64,000 bases of DNA, from NCBI GenBank assembly GCA_013153965.1, contig JAADDJ010000010.1, positions 17,443 to 81,442 of the forward strand. Direction: 5' to 3'. Numbering within the stretch: position 1 is the stretch's first letter; each line of letters starts with the position of its first letter. Shown one piece after another: positions 9,901 through 17,757 of the stretch. This DNA comes from Thermotogota bacterium (GTDB lineage: Bacteria > Hydrothermota > Hydrothermia > LBFQ01). The notes under the pieces are model-generated. The model was given only the letters and a program-made list of their open reading frames with translations, was not told where the DNA came from and searched no databases. The position numbers were made by a program, and so were the translations under genes.

Positions 9901-12490
9901 CACCCTCTTCATATACCGGCTGGGGATAGGTGGAAGCCCTTGGATAAACGAGGGAGTCAAGGGGGATACCACGGATACGACCCAGTATCTGGCCATAAAC
10001 TTCGTCAGCAAGAAGACCACACCGGGATACGAGTACCCGCCGGGCGTTCAGGATAAACTCACATACGAGGGCATATCCATGGCCCTTCAGGACGAGGGAG
10101 CCATGTCCCTGCTCTACTCCGTCAATCCCGGGGCCTACGCTCTGGCCCGCAAGAACGTCGGTACCAAGTACAACTTCATAAACTACCGGAGCATATCCCT
10201 GTGGGTACAGGACAGGTCCGGCAGCTCTCCCACCATAGTTGTGAGATTCGGGAAGGATTCGCTCAACTTCTACGAGTACAGGCAGAGGATAACGGGCGAA
10301 GGTTGGCAGGCGGTCAAATTCTTCTTGGACAGTTTAGTCCTCTTCAAGGGGGACGAAACGTCGCCGGATTACAGGAGCAACGGGAGGTACGGTGTCAGGG
10401 GGAATCCGAGCATATTTGAGGTTGAATTCTTCTGGGTAGGTGTCGCCAACGACTCCTCCGAGCGGATAAGCGGGGAGCTCTGGGTGAATGAGCTTCGCCT
10501 GACGGACCCCGTTAAGACATCCGCCTACGCCGGGAACGTCTCCATGAGGTTCAACATATCCGACCTGTTTCAGCTTACGGGCAACGGTACGTTTGAGCAG
10601 ATGAACTTCGCCAGGTCGGCCACGAATCTTAGCCAGTACCAGACCCTCCGCTTCAATCTGAACACCACCTTCAACATCCACAGGCTGTTCCCCTCCTCTT
10701 GGGGCCTAAGCATTCCCTTCAACTTTAGCCACAACCTGAGCCAGAGGGTTCCCAAATTCAAGCCCGGTCTGGACGTTCCCATAACCTCGCCGGAGGAGAG
10801 ACGGTCCCTCACGGCCTTCTCCCGCTCAACCGCCTACGGCATATCCTTCTCCAAGAGGGGCTCAACCGGATGGCTGGGTAAGTGGTTCTTGGACCCGTGG
10901 AAACTCTCCCACAGCATGAGATACGACCTATCCAACATACCCGGTCAGAGCTACGACTCCACCGTGTCCCAGAATTACGGCATCCGGTACTCCTACAGGC
11001 CCACGGGCGAGTTCATGTTGGGCAATCGCCGGTACCGCTACCTTCCCACCTCCTACTCAATCTCCTACAACTACAGCCTGACCACCTCCTTCTCCAGAAC
11101 CATGGGTGCCATAACGCGCAGGACGGACAAGTACGGCAACCTCTCCGCCAGCATAAACTACGATCCCATCCCCGGCATATTCGGATTCGGGTACAGCATA
11201 TCCCGAAAGGGGGACTATCGCTACGACGAGCTCTTGAAGAGCTACGCGGACTCCCTTCTCGGGTTTGAGAGCCAATTCAGGGAGAACTTCAACTCCTCCC
11301 TGAACTTGAGGCGCCTGTGGATATTCTCCCCGTCCCTTACGTACCGACACGGGTACGCCGAGGACCGAAAACCCGAGAACGCCCTCACGGGCTTTGACGT
11401 CAGGGATATAAACGAGGACCTCAGTGTGGGCTTCACCCTGAACGTGGAGCAGGGGAGGCTGCTGTCGCAGATAGGGAAATTGAGGGATGAGAGTAAGGAT
11501 ACATCCCTATCCACGGCTGGGGCACTCCACACCTTCCTCTACGGCTTGGACAAGCTGGCCAACATATGGAGGAATACCCGCTTCTCCTACAGCTTCTCCC
11601 GCACATCCAGCTTCTACGCCGCCATGGGAAGGGCCAGTTGGGCCTACCGCTTCGGTTTGGCCCTTGATCCCGGCGTGATAATAACCGACACCCAACGCTC
11701 CAACTGGAGGGAGACCCACTCCTACGACCTATCCACGGACCTGAACATCTCCGCGCGCCTGCGACTCTCTCCGAGATTCAACTACAGCCGGGACCTCACG
11801 GATAACCAGACCCAGCGGATACTTCGGGAGACTTGGAGATTCCCGGACTTCGTCCTGAGCGGACGACCGATACCCATCATCTCCCGCTGGAAGTTCATCT
11901 CATCGTCGGACTTCACCTTCAACTATTCGGACGAGAGGAGCACCACATCCTATCCCCTCTGGGTTCCCACGGGTACGGACACCGTGAGACCGAGGACAAC
12001 GCGCTTCACGAGGACCATAAACCTGTCTCCGAATTTCACCCTCAAGAACGGTACGGGTCTGAACCTCTCCTACACATACACCAACTCCCGAACTCACGAG
12101 ATATACTCCTCCATGAACATAGAGCGAATATCCGTTCAGAACACCTACGAGATAGGTCTGAGCCACACCTTTAGCGGATTCTCCGGCATCCGATTGCCGT
12201 GGAAGAAGGATAGGCTCCTCTCCCTAAAGAACCGTCTGACCCTCTCGGCCAAGTACTCCGCGAGCAGCGGCACGGACATAACCATAAACCACACCCTCGC
12301 GGACTTCGGGAACAGCGTGGATACCCTCTCAAGGCGGAAGAACAACAACCTGACGGTGAGTGCCACCTACCAGTTCAGCAACGCCGTGGATGCGACCTTC
12401 AGCTACATATACAACTTGAGCGGCGACTACGAGGGGGGAATATTCACCCGCAAGAATCAGTTGAGGGCGGACATCCGCATAAGGTTCTGA
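6941..12490 (+). CDS. Giant outer-membrane beta-barrel protein, SprA/Sov (T9SS translocon)-like
   Basis: 1849 aa; S/T/N/Y-rich alternating beta-strand composition throughout; C-terminal aromatic residue (..IRIRF) typical of OM beta-barrels; two T9SS-CTD cargo genes in the same window; GTG start 1 nt after preceding stop; no signal peptide. Confidence 0.55.
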   Translation: MLWVLLNYEDYFTRRLMEETFSYGYTYDSNNVYGLYNYYGTEDTVKVFSIDEFFGLNLMSYLRKTTVKAYDTSATEALSGLVPDIEVPVQIPKRWRFLGEGVSKITLRGEQTISIGGSKEDLLSPEGQNLNSQYQVSNIPSINMKQTLNVVITGQITDRLKVEVRHNSEALQTDQDRILLAYTGTDDDIVQSLQAGDIDVSDFPSTTYSSLGAGAGLLGLKGRFALGPAKIVAVATKERGQSQTKIFRAQSQVITDTLWGSDYIRETFFMLPIAPFIPPGEDPNDYRIENLLLFYKPLVPTGNTFVYGKAYHLMDTLGLITDDTTRCFASGRFVQMDPSSYRFYTGSVVQITDPPNASLWWLGAVYRLVKSDGSDTINVGYIPPAPDSTDPIRMLLIKLDKMRSSDTSLTCALNINLLELKNIYSLPYQLDTSVKDLTFNIYRDNPTTNDSLAQDGIKFTTLLGVDPEGDGKINDIVPVIINGDTVNFRVLEIFPEGGGYLIFPKFWPFADTVLRDRDSIIYLMDREYWREYHREKYYMVFTFRKPQKFINLGGTLIDGSVEVFRNGQKLQEGKDYRVDYSNGIVHFLIPINETDEIRINYRSLGAPLAESRAILGLATTMDLSENFKVTLNYLSKSRASAYPRPQFGSEPNSYSVLDAGLTFNHTLDYLNRFLNSRTPLSLEKKSEFTLNGEVARSFPNPSTVGEAYIDDFDRFDDNLDNLIWEYRNWIHGSLPYLPDSVRADTAVLANRQSWYSDRMAVKGDILEITDEQERTDPVRVMRLIAEPRIEGVPNFMTIMMGYKEEQNYKEKEYVEVFARGHGIIIFDVGTNIPEDAYVRACDGNFYGLGQLNTEDLNLDNQFTETREDVGLDGVPGEDGTCNPGSGDWGNDDYTISDPANADPFLINRYEGNHHEDSEDLNGNFQLDMAENFYSYVIDLDTMTPISEKNGWKLFRIPLPKPTRVYGKPALDRIAYFRLTWYGFTRTDTLFIYRLGIGGSPWINEGVKGDTTDTTQYLAINFVSKKTTPGYEYPPGVQDKLTYEGISMALQDEGAMSLLYSVNPGAYALARKNVGTKYNFINYRSISLWVQDRSGSSPTIVVRFGKDSLNFYEYRQRITGEGWQAVKFFLDSLVLFKGDETSPDYRSNGRYGVRGNPSIFEVEFFWVGVANDSSERISGELWVNELRLTDPVKTSAYAGNVSMRFNISDLFQLTGNGTFEQMNFARSATNLSQYQTLRFNLNTTFNIHRLFPSSWGLSIPFNFSHNLSQRVPKFKPGLDVPITSPEERRSLTAFSRSTAYGISFSKRGSTGWLGKWFLDPWKLSHSMRYDLSNIPGQSYDSTVSQNYGIRYSYRPTGEFMLGNRRYRYLPTSYSISYNYSLTTSFSRTMGAITRRTDKYGNLSASINYDPIPGIFGFGYSISRKGDYRYDELLKSYADSLLGFESQFRENFNSSLNLRRLWIFSPSLTYRHGYAEDRKPENALTGFDVRDINEDLSVGFTLNVEQGRLLSQIGKLRDESKDTSLSTAGALHTFLYGLDKLANIWRNTRFSYSFSRTSSFYAAMGRASWAYRFGLALDPGVIITDTQRSNWRETHSYDLSTDLNISARLRLSPRFNYSRDLTDNQTQRILRETWRFPDFVLSGRPIPIISRWKFISSSDFTFNYSDERSTTSYPLWVPTGTDTVRPRTTRFTRTINLSPNFTLKNGTGLNLSYTYTNSRTHEIYSSMNIERISVQNTYEIGLSHTFSGFSGIRLPWKKDRLLSLKNRLTLSAKYSASSGTDITINHTLADFGNSVDTLSRRKNNNLTVSATYQFSNAVDATFSYIYNLSGDYEGGIFTRKNQLRADIRIRF

Positions 12491-13351
12491 CTATCGCAGG
12501 ATCTCAGGTTTGACCCTATAGACCCTTCCCTGACCCTCCGCATCAACGACGACGAATCGGAAGCCCGCCTCCTCCCAATCCCCATCCATGATCCAGTGGA
12601 AGAGGGGCGTACCCTCGTATATGACGTTCTTCCGTACGTCGTACAGTCTCGGAATCTTATCCTTCCCCCCATAGATGACGAAGCGCCCATCCGGGGAGGC
12701 GGAGACGAATTCAACCCCGTAAGTTCCGTGGGAGATCATCCCCATCTCCCTCCAGCCGTCGGTTGAGTATATGTATATGCCGTCATCCGTGGCCACCAGA
12801 AGCCTCCTGCCATCCTTCGTCCAGTGGATATCCGCCACCGGGGAGTTGAACTTCAGGGTCCTGTAGGCTACCAGAGTGTCCAAGAACCAGACATCAACGA
12901 ATCCGTCGCACGTACCCGTAGCAAACCGCCTTCCGGAAGGGTCCAAGGCCACCGACGTTATGGGACATCCGCGCCGGTTGGGTACCTCCACGACGGTATC
13001 GGAGTGGGGCCTGAGAAGCAGAAGACCCTTATTCTGAACGGCCAAGATCCGTCCGTCGTTTAGCCACACCAGGTCGTTGGTCATGGACGTGTTGCGATAC
13101 ACGTAGAGCCTCCCGCCGGCTATGGAGTATATGCCCAGAGCGCTCCCACCGACGGCCAGACGGCTCCCCGATGGGGAGACCCTGACCACGTTCGGATGGA
13201 CCATCCCCAAGGGGAACTCCGCCTTCTTCTGCGCCCCCGTATCCGACCAGACGTATCCTCTCCCGCGCATATCCACCGTGGCTATGGCCCTAACGCCCCA
13301 ATCCACCGCCGAGAGAGGCGCCCCGTGGGAGAATACCCAGAGAAGCTCCAT
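12491..13351 (-). CDS. WD40/beta-propeller repeat protein
   Basis: Repeated ~40-aa units with GxxDGxxxxW/ D-x-W patterns (e.g. DGFVDVW, DGIYIYSTDGW); start overlaps upstream stop as TGATG. Confidence 0.55.
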   Translation of the reverse strand: MELLWVFSHGAPLSAVDWGVRAIATVDMRGRGYVWSDTGAQKKAEFPLGMVHPNVVRVSPSGSRLAVGGSALGIYSIAGGRLYVYRNTSMTNDLVWLNDGRILAVQNKGLLLLRPHSDTVVEVPNRRGCPITSVALDPSGRRFATGTCDGFVDVWFLDTLVAYRTLKFNSPVADIHWTKDGRRLLVATDDGIYIYSTDGWREMGMISHGTYGVEFVSASPDGRFVIYGGKDKIPRLYDVRKNVIYEGTPLFHWIMDGDWEEAGFRFVVVDAEGQGRVYRVKPEILR

Positions 13352-14325
13352 CAGCGGGAGGGTTTCTCTATTATGCGATAGCGCGTTATGACGACGGGGA
13401 CGAGGCGAAGGTTCAGGACCCTGACCACCACGTTCTTGGCATCCGCGGCGTTATTCTTGAGGATGAAGGCGTACTCGCCCGCCGGCATATGGACCCGGAA
13501 GCATCCCACCTCAACGCCGGGAAACTCCTCCACGGCTCGGAAGGGGTATCCGGCCCGGGCATTCTCATACTCCGAGTAGGGGACGATGGCAAGGTCCATA
13601 TGACCGTACCGGAAGTACTTACACACCCTATCCCGATGGAAGGGATTCTCCAAGAAGAACTCGCCGTACTTGTACCGCAGGGAATCGTCAATCTTCAACG
13701 GGGCGAGGAATATCAGGGCGCCGGCCGTAGGTCCCTCCAACCGGAAGACGGGCTCCCTCCCGTAGGTGTGGGCGAAGAATATGTCGCTCTTCGGCGGTAG
13801 GAAGACCTCCCATCTTCCGATCTGAACGTAGGTCGTATCCCACAGGGTATCCTTGTAGGGAACCTTTACCCGCACGACCTTCAGGGTGGTGTTGAAGTTC
13901 TCCCAACCGGGCGCGGGTTTACGCAGGATTCGGACCCTCACCCGGGCCTTTGATAGGAGGGCCCTGAATCTGACCTCCAGAGTGTAGGGACGCACGGTGT
14001 CGCTGACGTGTATCCACGTGATGCTGTCGGTGTATATCTCGGAGAGGAAGGGGGGCTCACCGAACTCTCCGAAATACACGGCCTCAAGCTCCCTGTCGGA
14101 GACGACCGTTATCACCAGCGTATCGCCGGGAGCCGCGTAGAAGGGATACCTCCAAGAGGCGGTTCTCCAGAGGAGGGAAGTCAGGACGATGGAGGTATCA
14201 AGTACCGGCAAGGTGATAGTAGTCCAACGGCTGATATATCGCGTGGGGTTTCGCCAGAGTACTTTTGAAGAGGACCACGCGCCTGACCTCAAACTCCAAA
14301 GGTCGCACGGAGAAGCTCTCAACAT
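13351..14325 (-). CDS. Hypothetical protein (start uncertain)
   Basis: 324-aa ORF with normal composition; translationally coupled to the WD40 gene; 5' end overlaps ligT by 128 nt so true start is probably internal (non-ATG). Confidence 0.4.
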   Translation of the reverse strand: MLRASPCDLWSLRSGAWSSSKVLWRNPTRYISRWTTITLPVLDTSIVLTSLLWRTASWRYPFYAAPGDTLVITVVSDRELEAVYFGEFGEPPFLSEIYTDSITWIHVSDTVRPYTLEVRFRALLSKARVRVRILRKPAPGWENFNTTLKVVRVKVPYKDTLWDTTYVQIGRWEVFLPPKSDIFFAHTYGREPVFRLEGPTAGALIFLAPLKIDDSLRYKYGEFFLENPFHRDRVCKYFRYGHMDLAIVPYSEYENARAGYPFRAVEEFPGVEVGCFRVHMPAGEYAFILKNNAADAKNVVVRVLNLRLVPVVITRYRIIEKPSR

Positions 14326-14746
14326 TCACGGGTCTTCTGGCCCTCGCAACGGTGATGTGGGCCTTGAAGGGTTTATCCCTCTCGGGAAGGGATGTGGCCG
14401 ATGAGAGCAGGGCGTCTATGCGGTCGCTCAACTTCCTTATGGCGGAGTCGTCCTGAAGCCCCACCCACACGACCCTCGCCCCGAACCTACTGGGGAATCC
14501 CCCCACCTTTCCGAGTTTGAGGACGAACCTCTCACCGAGGAACCTGCCCCGGAGGGCATCGTCAATCTCCCTGACCAGAGGCTCCTCCACCTCTCCGATG
14601 AATCTCAGGGTTATGTGGAGATTCTCGGGTGGGACCGTGCGCAGATGGGGGAGAGCCCACTTCAGACGCTTGCCCAACGCCGCCAACTCCCGCCTGACCT
14701 CATCCCCCACCTCAACGGCCAGAAAGACCCTCATCTCAATGCCCAA
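14198..14746 (-). CDS. thpR: RNA 2',3'-cyclic phosphodiesterase (LigT/ThpR, 2H family)
   Basis: Two H-x-T/S-x motifs (HITLRF and HITVAR) at the expected spacing. Confidence 0.8.
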   Translation of the reverse strand: MGIEMRVFLAVEVGDEVRRELAALGKRLKWALPHLRTVPPENLHITLRFIGEVEEPLVREIDDALRGRFLGERFVLKLGKVGGFPSRFGARVVWVGLQDDSAIRKLSDRIDALLSSATSLPERDKPFKAHITVARARRPVNVESFSVRPLEFEVRRVVLFKSTLAKPHAIYQPLDYYHLAGT

Positions 14747-15170
14747 AGAATCTCGGGCTGAAGGCGAAGATGCTCCAAACTATGAATACCGCGCTCAAGA
14801 CCATCACCGCCCAGCTGAGGATCCTCTGCCTGTCTATGGAGTTCTTGTAAGGGTATATGGGCTTGGAGGGCCTTCCGATGAACATCCCCAGCTCGGTCAG
14901 TATGAGTCTCATACCGTTGAGCCCGTGGAAGCCCACGGCCACGACCAGAAGCCACTCCCCGATGGCGGATACGGGGCTATGGGCCACCCTCTCCATCGTG
15001 GCCTTCCACGCCTCGGGTCCGAAGACCCTCATGCTCGTGACGAGGATGTGCATGGGAAGATACACGACCAAAGCCAACCCCGTTATCCGGTGGAGGAGAA
15101 AAAGGTACGCTTCCAAATTGTACTTTCCGGCAAAAGCCCACTTAAGAATACCCTTCCTGCGGTTATACAT
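14736..15170 (-). CDS. sdhC: Succinate dehydrogenase/fumarate reductase cytochrome b subunit (SdhC-family)
   Basis: LHRITG (HRxTG heme-ligand motif), SPE..W..A, and GFHGLNGMRLILTELG align with E. coli SdhC; 3 TM helices. Confidence 0.7.
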   Translation of the reverse strand: MYNRRKGILKWAFAGKYNLEAYLFLLHRITGLALVVYLPMHILVTSMRVFGPEAWKATMERVAHSPVSAIGEWLLVVAVGFHGLNGMRLILTELGMFIGRPSKPIYPYKNSIDRQRILSWAVMVLSAVFIVWSIFAFSPRFFGH

Positions 15171-15177
15171 AGAAGGT

Positions 15178-15183
15178 ATTATA
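15178..15183 (-). promoter_or_regulatory. Putative -10 box (TATAAT) ending 7 nt upstream of the sdhC-like ATG; would give a leaderless mRNA
   Basis: Minus-strand sequence GGGGGTATAATACCTTCT-ATG; no Shine-Dalgarno between. Confidence 0.3.
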
Positions 15184-15225
15184 CCCCCGGACGTACGGGA
15201 CGAAAATCCCGTAAGTACGAAGTTC

Positions 15226-15699
15226 CTACATCACACCCCACTGCCGGAGGATGCTCAAAACCTCCTCCTTGACCTTCGGCAGAGCTGCTCTCACCTCCTC
15301 CGATAGACCGACGCGCGCGCCGAACTCCCCCGGCACCACCCCCACGAGCCTGATGTCCCTCGGTCCGCCGCCTCCCATCTCCAGCAGCGCCAGAAGGTCC
15401 GGCAGGGCCACATCGTGGGCGGATATCTTCGGCACTATGGCCCCGTTCAGCTCCTCCCGCCCGAGGGTGATGACCGTACCCGGGGGCCTCCTCAGCCTCA
15501 CCACGTCCAAGATGATCAGATGGGTGACCCCCTCAAGGAAGGGATAGAGGTAGAGGCCACGGGTCCCGCCGTCTATCAGGGCGACGTCCGGCGGAATCTC
15601 ACCCTCCAGATACCGAAGCGCATGCACCCCGAATCCCTCATCCCCCAAGAGTAGGTTGCCCAATCCCAGTATGGCCACCCTCAATCCAAACTCTCCCAA
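15226..15699 (-). CDS. hybD: [NiFe]-hydrogenase maturation endopeptidase (HyaD/HybD/HycI family)
   Basis: VAILGLGNLLLGDEGFG, LIDGGTRGL, HLIILD motifs align well with E. coli HybD. Confidence 0.85.
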   Translation of the reverse strand: MGEFGLRVAILGLGNLLLGDEGFGVHALRYLEGEIPPDVALIDGGTRGLYLYPFLEGVTHLIILDVVRLRRPPGTVITLGREELNGAIVPKISAHDVALPDLLALLEMGGGGPRDIRLVGVVPGEFGARVGLSEEVRAALPKVKEEVLSILRQWGVM

Positions 15700-17045
15700 T
15701 CCCTCTTGATCTCCCCGAAGAGGTCTCCGAAGCCTCCGCTCTTTCTGACCTGAACCTTCACCTCCCTGACGCCGAAGGCTCTCCTTATAGCCTCCACCTC
15801 CCGCTCTATCTTCCGGGCGATCACGGAGCTGCTAACGATGATGTGGAGGGTATCCCCCTCCCGGGTGTAGGTGGCATCCGCCACGTATCCGGCCACGGTG
15901 GGTTTCTCCCTCCTTAGCCTCTCAATGGGATCCTCATCCGCACGGGCGGGAGGCGGGGATTGGGCCTCCCCCACGCCGGCAGGTCGCGACCCCTTCGGCG
16001 GCTCCCCCAGATACCTGCTTATCTCGTCCAGATTCACGACCCGTTTGAAGGCGCACATCCGGGCCACGTCGTAGGTTAGCCAAGCGTAGGGGTCCGAGGA
16101 TTGGCGTATATGCACCTCCATATCCAGAGCCATACGCAGGAGTACCACCCTCTCCTCAAAGGGTAGGGTGGAGTCGGACAGTAGGTGCCGCTCCAGATAC
16201 CTCACGAGGCCGGAGGCGAAATCCACCGGGGAGAATCTCTCGGTTATCTCCATGACCTTCTCGTAGGCCTCCTTGAAGCTCCCGGCGAGGATGCTCTCCA
16301 TGAGCTGAGCGTAGAGGTTGTCGGGCACGACCCCCAACATCTCGGCCACATCCCTTTCGGTTATGGTCCCGTCGGAGTATATGTGGGCTTGCTCAAGGAG
16401 GACGAGGGCATCCCTCAGGCTCCCCTCGGAGCGCTCGGCTATCATACGCAAAGCCTCATCCGTTATGGATATACCCTCCTGCGAGCTCACGTACTTCAGC
16501 CTCTCCACTATGTCGGAGATGCTGTGGGGCTTCAGGTGGAACTTCTGCAGGCGCGAGAGGACGGTCGCCGGTATCTTGTGGGGGTCGGTCGTGGCCAGAA
16601 CGAATACCACGTGAGGCGGAGGCTCCTCCAACGTCTTGAGGAGGGAGTTGAAGGCCTCCGTCGTCAGCATATGGACCTCGTCAATGATATATACCTTGTA
16701 GCGGGAGACGGGCATGTACCTGAGCTGCTCCTGTATCTCCCGAACGTTCTCAATTCCCCTGTTGGAGGCGGCGTCTATCTCCACCACATCAACGCTCCTC
16801 CCCTCGTCAATCTCCCGGCAGAATCTGCATGTGCCGCAGGGTTTGGATGTGGGACCCAGCTCGCAGTTCAACCCCTTGGCGAATATCCTCGCGAGGGTCG
16901 TCTTGCCTATACCTCTGGGTCCGGCGAGGAGGAGGGCGTGGGGTATGTCCTTGCGCTCAAGGGCACGCATCAGGACGCGCTTTACGAACTTCTGGCCTAC
17001 GACCTCGTCAAACGTTTTAGGTCTGTACCTATTCGCAAGGCTCAT
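15681..17045 (-). CDS. dnaX: DNA polymerase III subunit gamma/tau
   Basis: RYRPKTFDEVVGQ, AGPRGIGKTT, zinc module CGTCRFC, SRC motif region; 454 aa. Confidence 0.9.
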   Translation of the reverse strand: MSLANRYRPKTFDEVVGQKFVKRVLMRALERKDIPHALLLAGPRGIGKTTLARIFAKGLNCELGPTSKPCGTCRFCREIDEGRSVDVVEIDAASNRGIENVREIQEQLRYMPVSRYKVYIIDEVHMLTTEAFNSLLKTLEEPPPHVVFVLATTDPHKIPATVLSRLQKFHLKPHSISDIVERLKYVSSQEGISITDEALRMIAERSEGSLRDALVLLEQAHIYSDGTITERDVAEMLGVVPDNLYAQLMESILAGSFKEAYEKVMEITERFSPVDFASGLVRYLERHLLSDSTLPFEERVVLLRMALDMEVHIRQSSDPYAWLTYDVARMCAFKRVVNLDEISRYLGEPPKGSRPAGVGEAQSPPPARADEDPIERLRREKPTVAGYVADATYTREGDTLHIIVSSSVIARKIEREVEAIRRAFGVREVKVQVRKSGGFGDLFGEIKRDWESLD

Positions 17046-17214
17046 CTTCGTTCAGAGGTTTTGCCTCCTCAACGAGGAGGATGGGTATATCGTCCTCTAT
17101 GCGGTATGCGAGTTTGCAGCGGTAGCATCTGAGCTCGTTCCTCTTCGGACAATAGACCAGCTCGCCCTTGCATTTGGGGCAGGCTATAACCTTCAGAAGC
17201 TCCTCACTCAACAT
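17029..17214 (-). CDS. Trm112-family small zinc-ribbon protein (UPF0434)
   Basis: LLKVIACPKCKG...L.C..C..AYRIEDDIPILLVEEA, the family signature; 61 aa. Confidence 0.75.
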   Translation of the reverse strand: MLSEELLKVIACPKCKGELVYCPKRNELRCYRCKLAYRIEDDIPILLVEEAKPLNEDEPCE

Positions 17215-17732
17215 CCTCGCACCTCCCTAAGGTACATGAGCGTCCCAACCAACGTCTTCGCGTCCTTAAAGAGATTCTCCTTCAGGGCGCTCTCCATCTG
17301 CTCCAAGCTCATGGGAACGAGGGTAATGTCCTCATCCTCATCCCGGCTCTCGCCTACGAATTCAAGCTCCTCCGCCACGTACAGGTGCATGTACTCGGTT
17401 GAGTATCCGGGGGCGAGATAGAATTCGGCCAACTTCCTCCACCTGTTGGCCCGGTAGCCGGTCTCCTCCACCAACTCCCTCTGGGCCGCCCGGAGAGGCT
17501 CCTCACCCCTCTCCAAGGTCCCGGCCGGAAGCTCGTATATGTAATCTCCCACCGCGAATCTGTACTGCCTCTCGTATATGACGCGCCCATCGGGAAGCAC
17601 CGGGACTATGGCGACGGCTCCGGGATGCCTGACCATCTGCCGGACCTTCACCTTCCCGTTTATCTCATACTCCCTGACGACGAAGTCCATGAACTTCCCC
17701 CTATAGACCACCTCCTCCTTCAGGAGTTTCAT
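17208..17732 (-). CDS. NUDIX hydrolase (ADP-ribose pyrophosphatase-like)
   Basis: Nudix box GTLERGEEPLRAAQRELVEETG. Confidence 0.85.
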   Translation of the reverse strand: MKLLKEEVVYRGKFMDFVVREYEINGKVKVRQMVRHPGAVAIVPVLPDGRVIYERQYRFAVGDYIYELPAGTLERGEEPLRAAQRELVEETGYRANRWRKLAEFYLAPGYSTEYMHLYVAEELEFVGESRDEDEDITLVPMSLEQMESALKENLFKDAKTLVGTLMYLREVRGC

Positions 17733-17757
17733 CGCCCTATTCTAAGGACGAAGCCCC

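Noticed and set aside
16185-17132. 315-aa ORF antisense to dnaX (and 16714..17421 likewise)
   Set aside because: Antisense to a confidently identified essential gene; repetitive L/G/V composition; no motifs.
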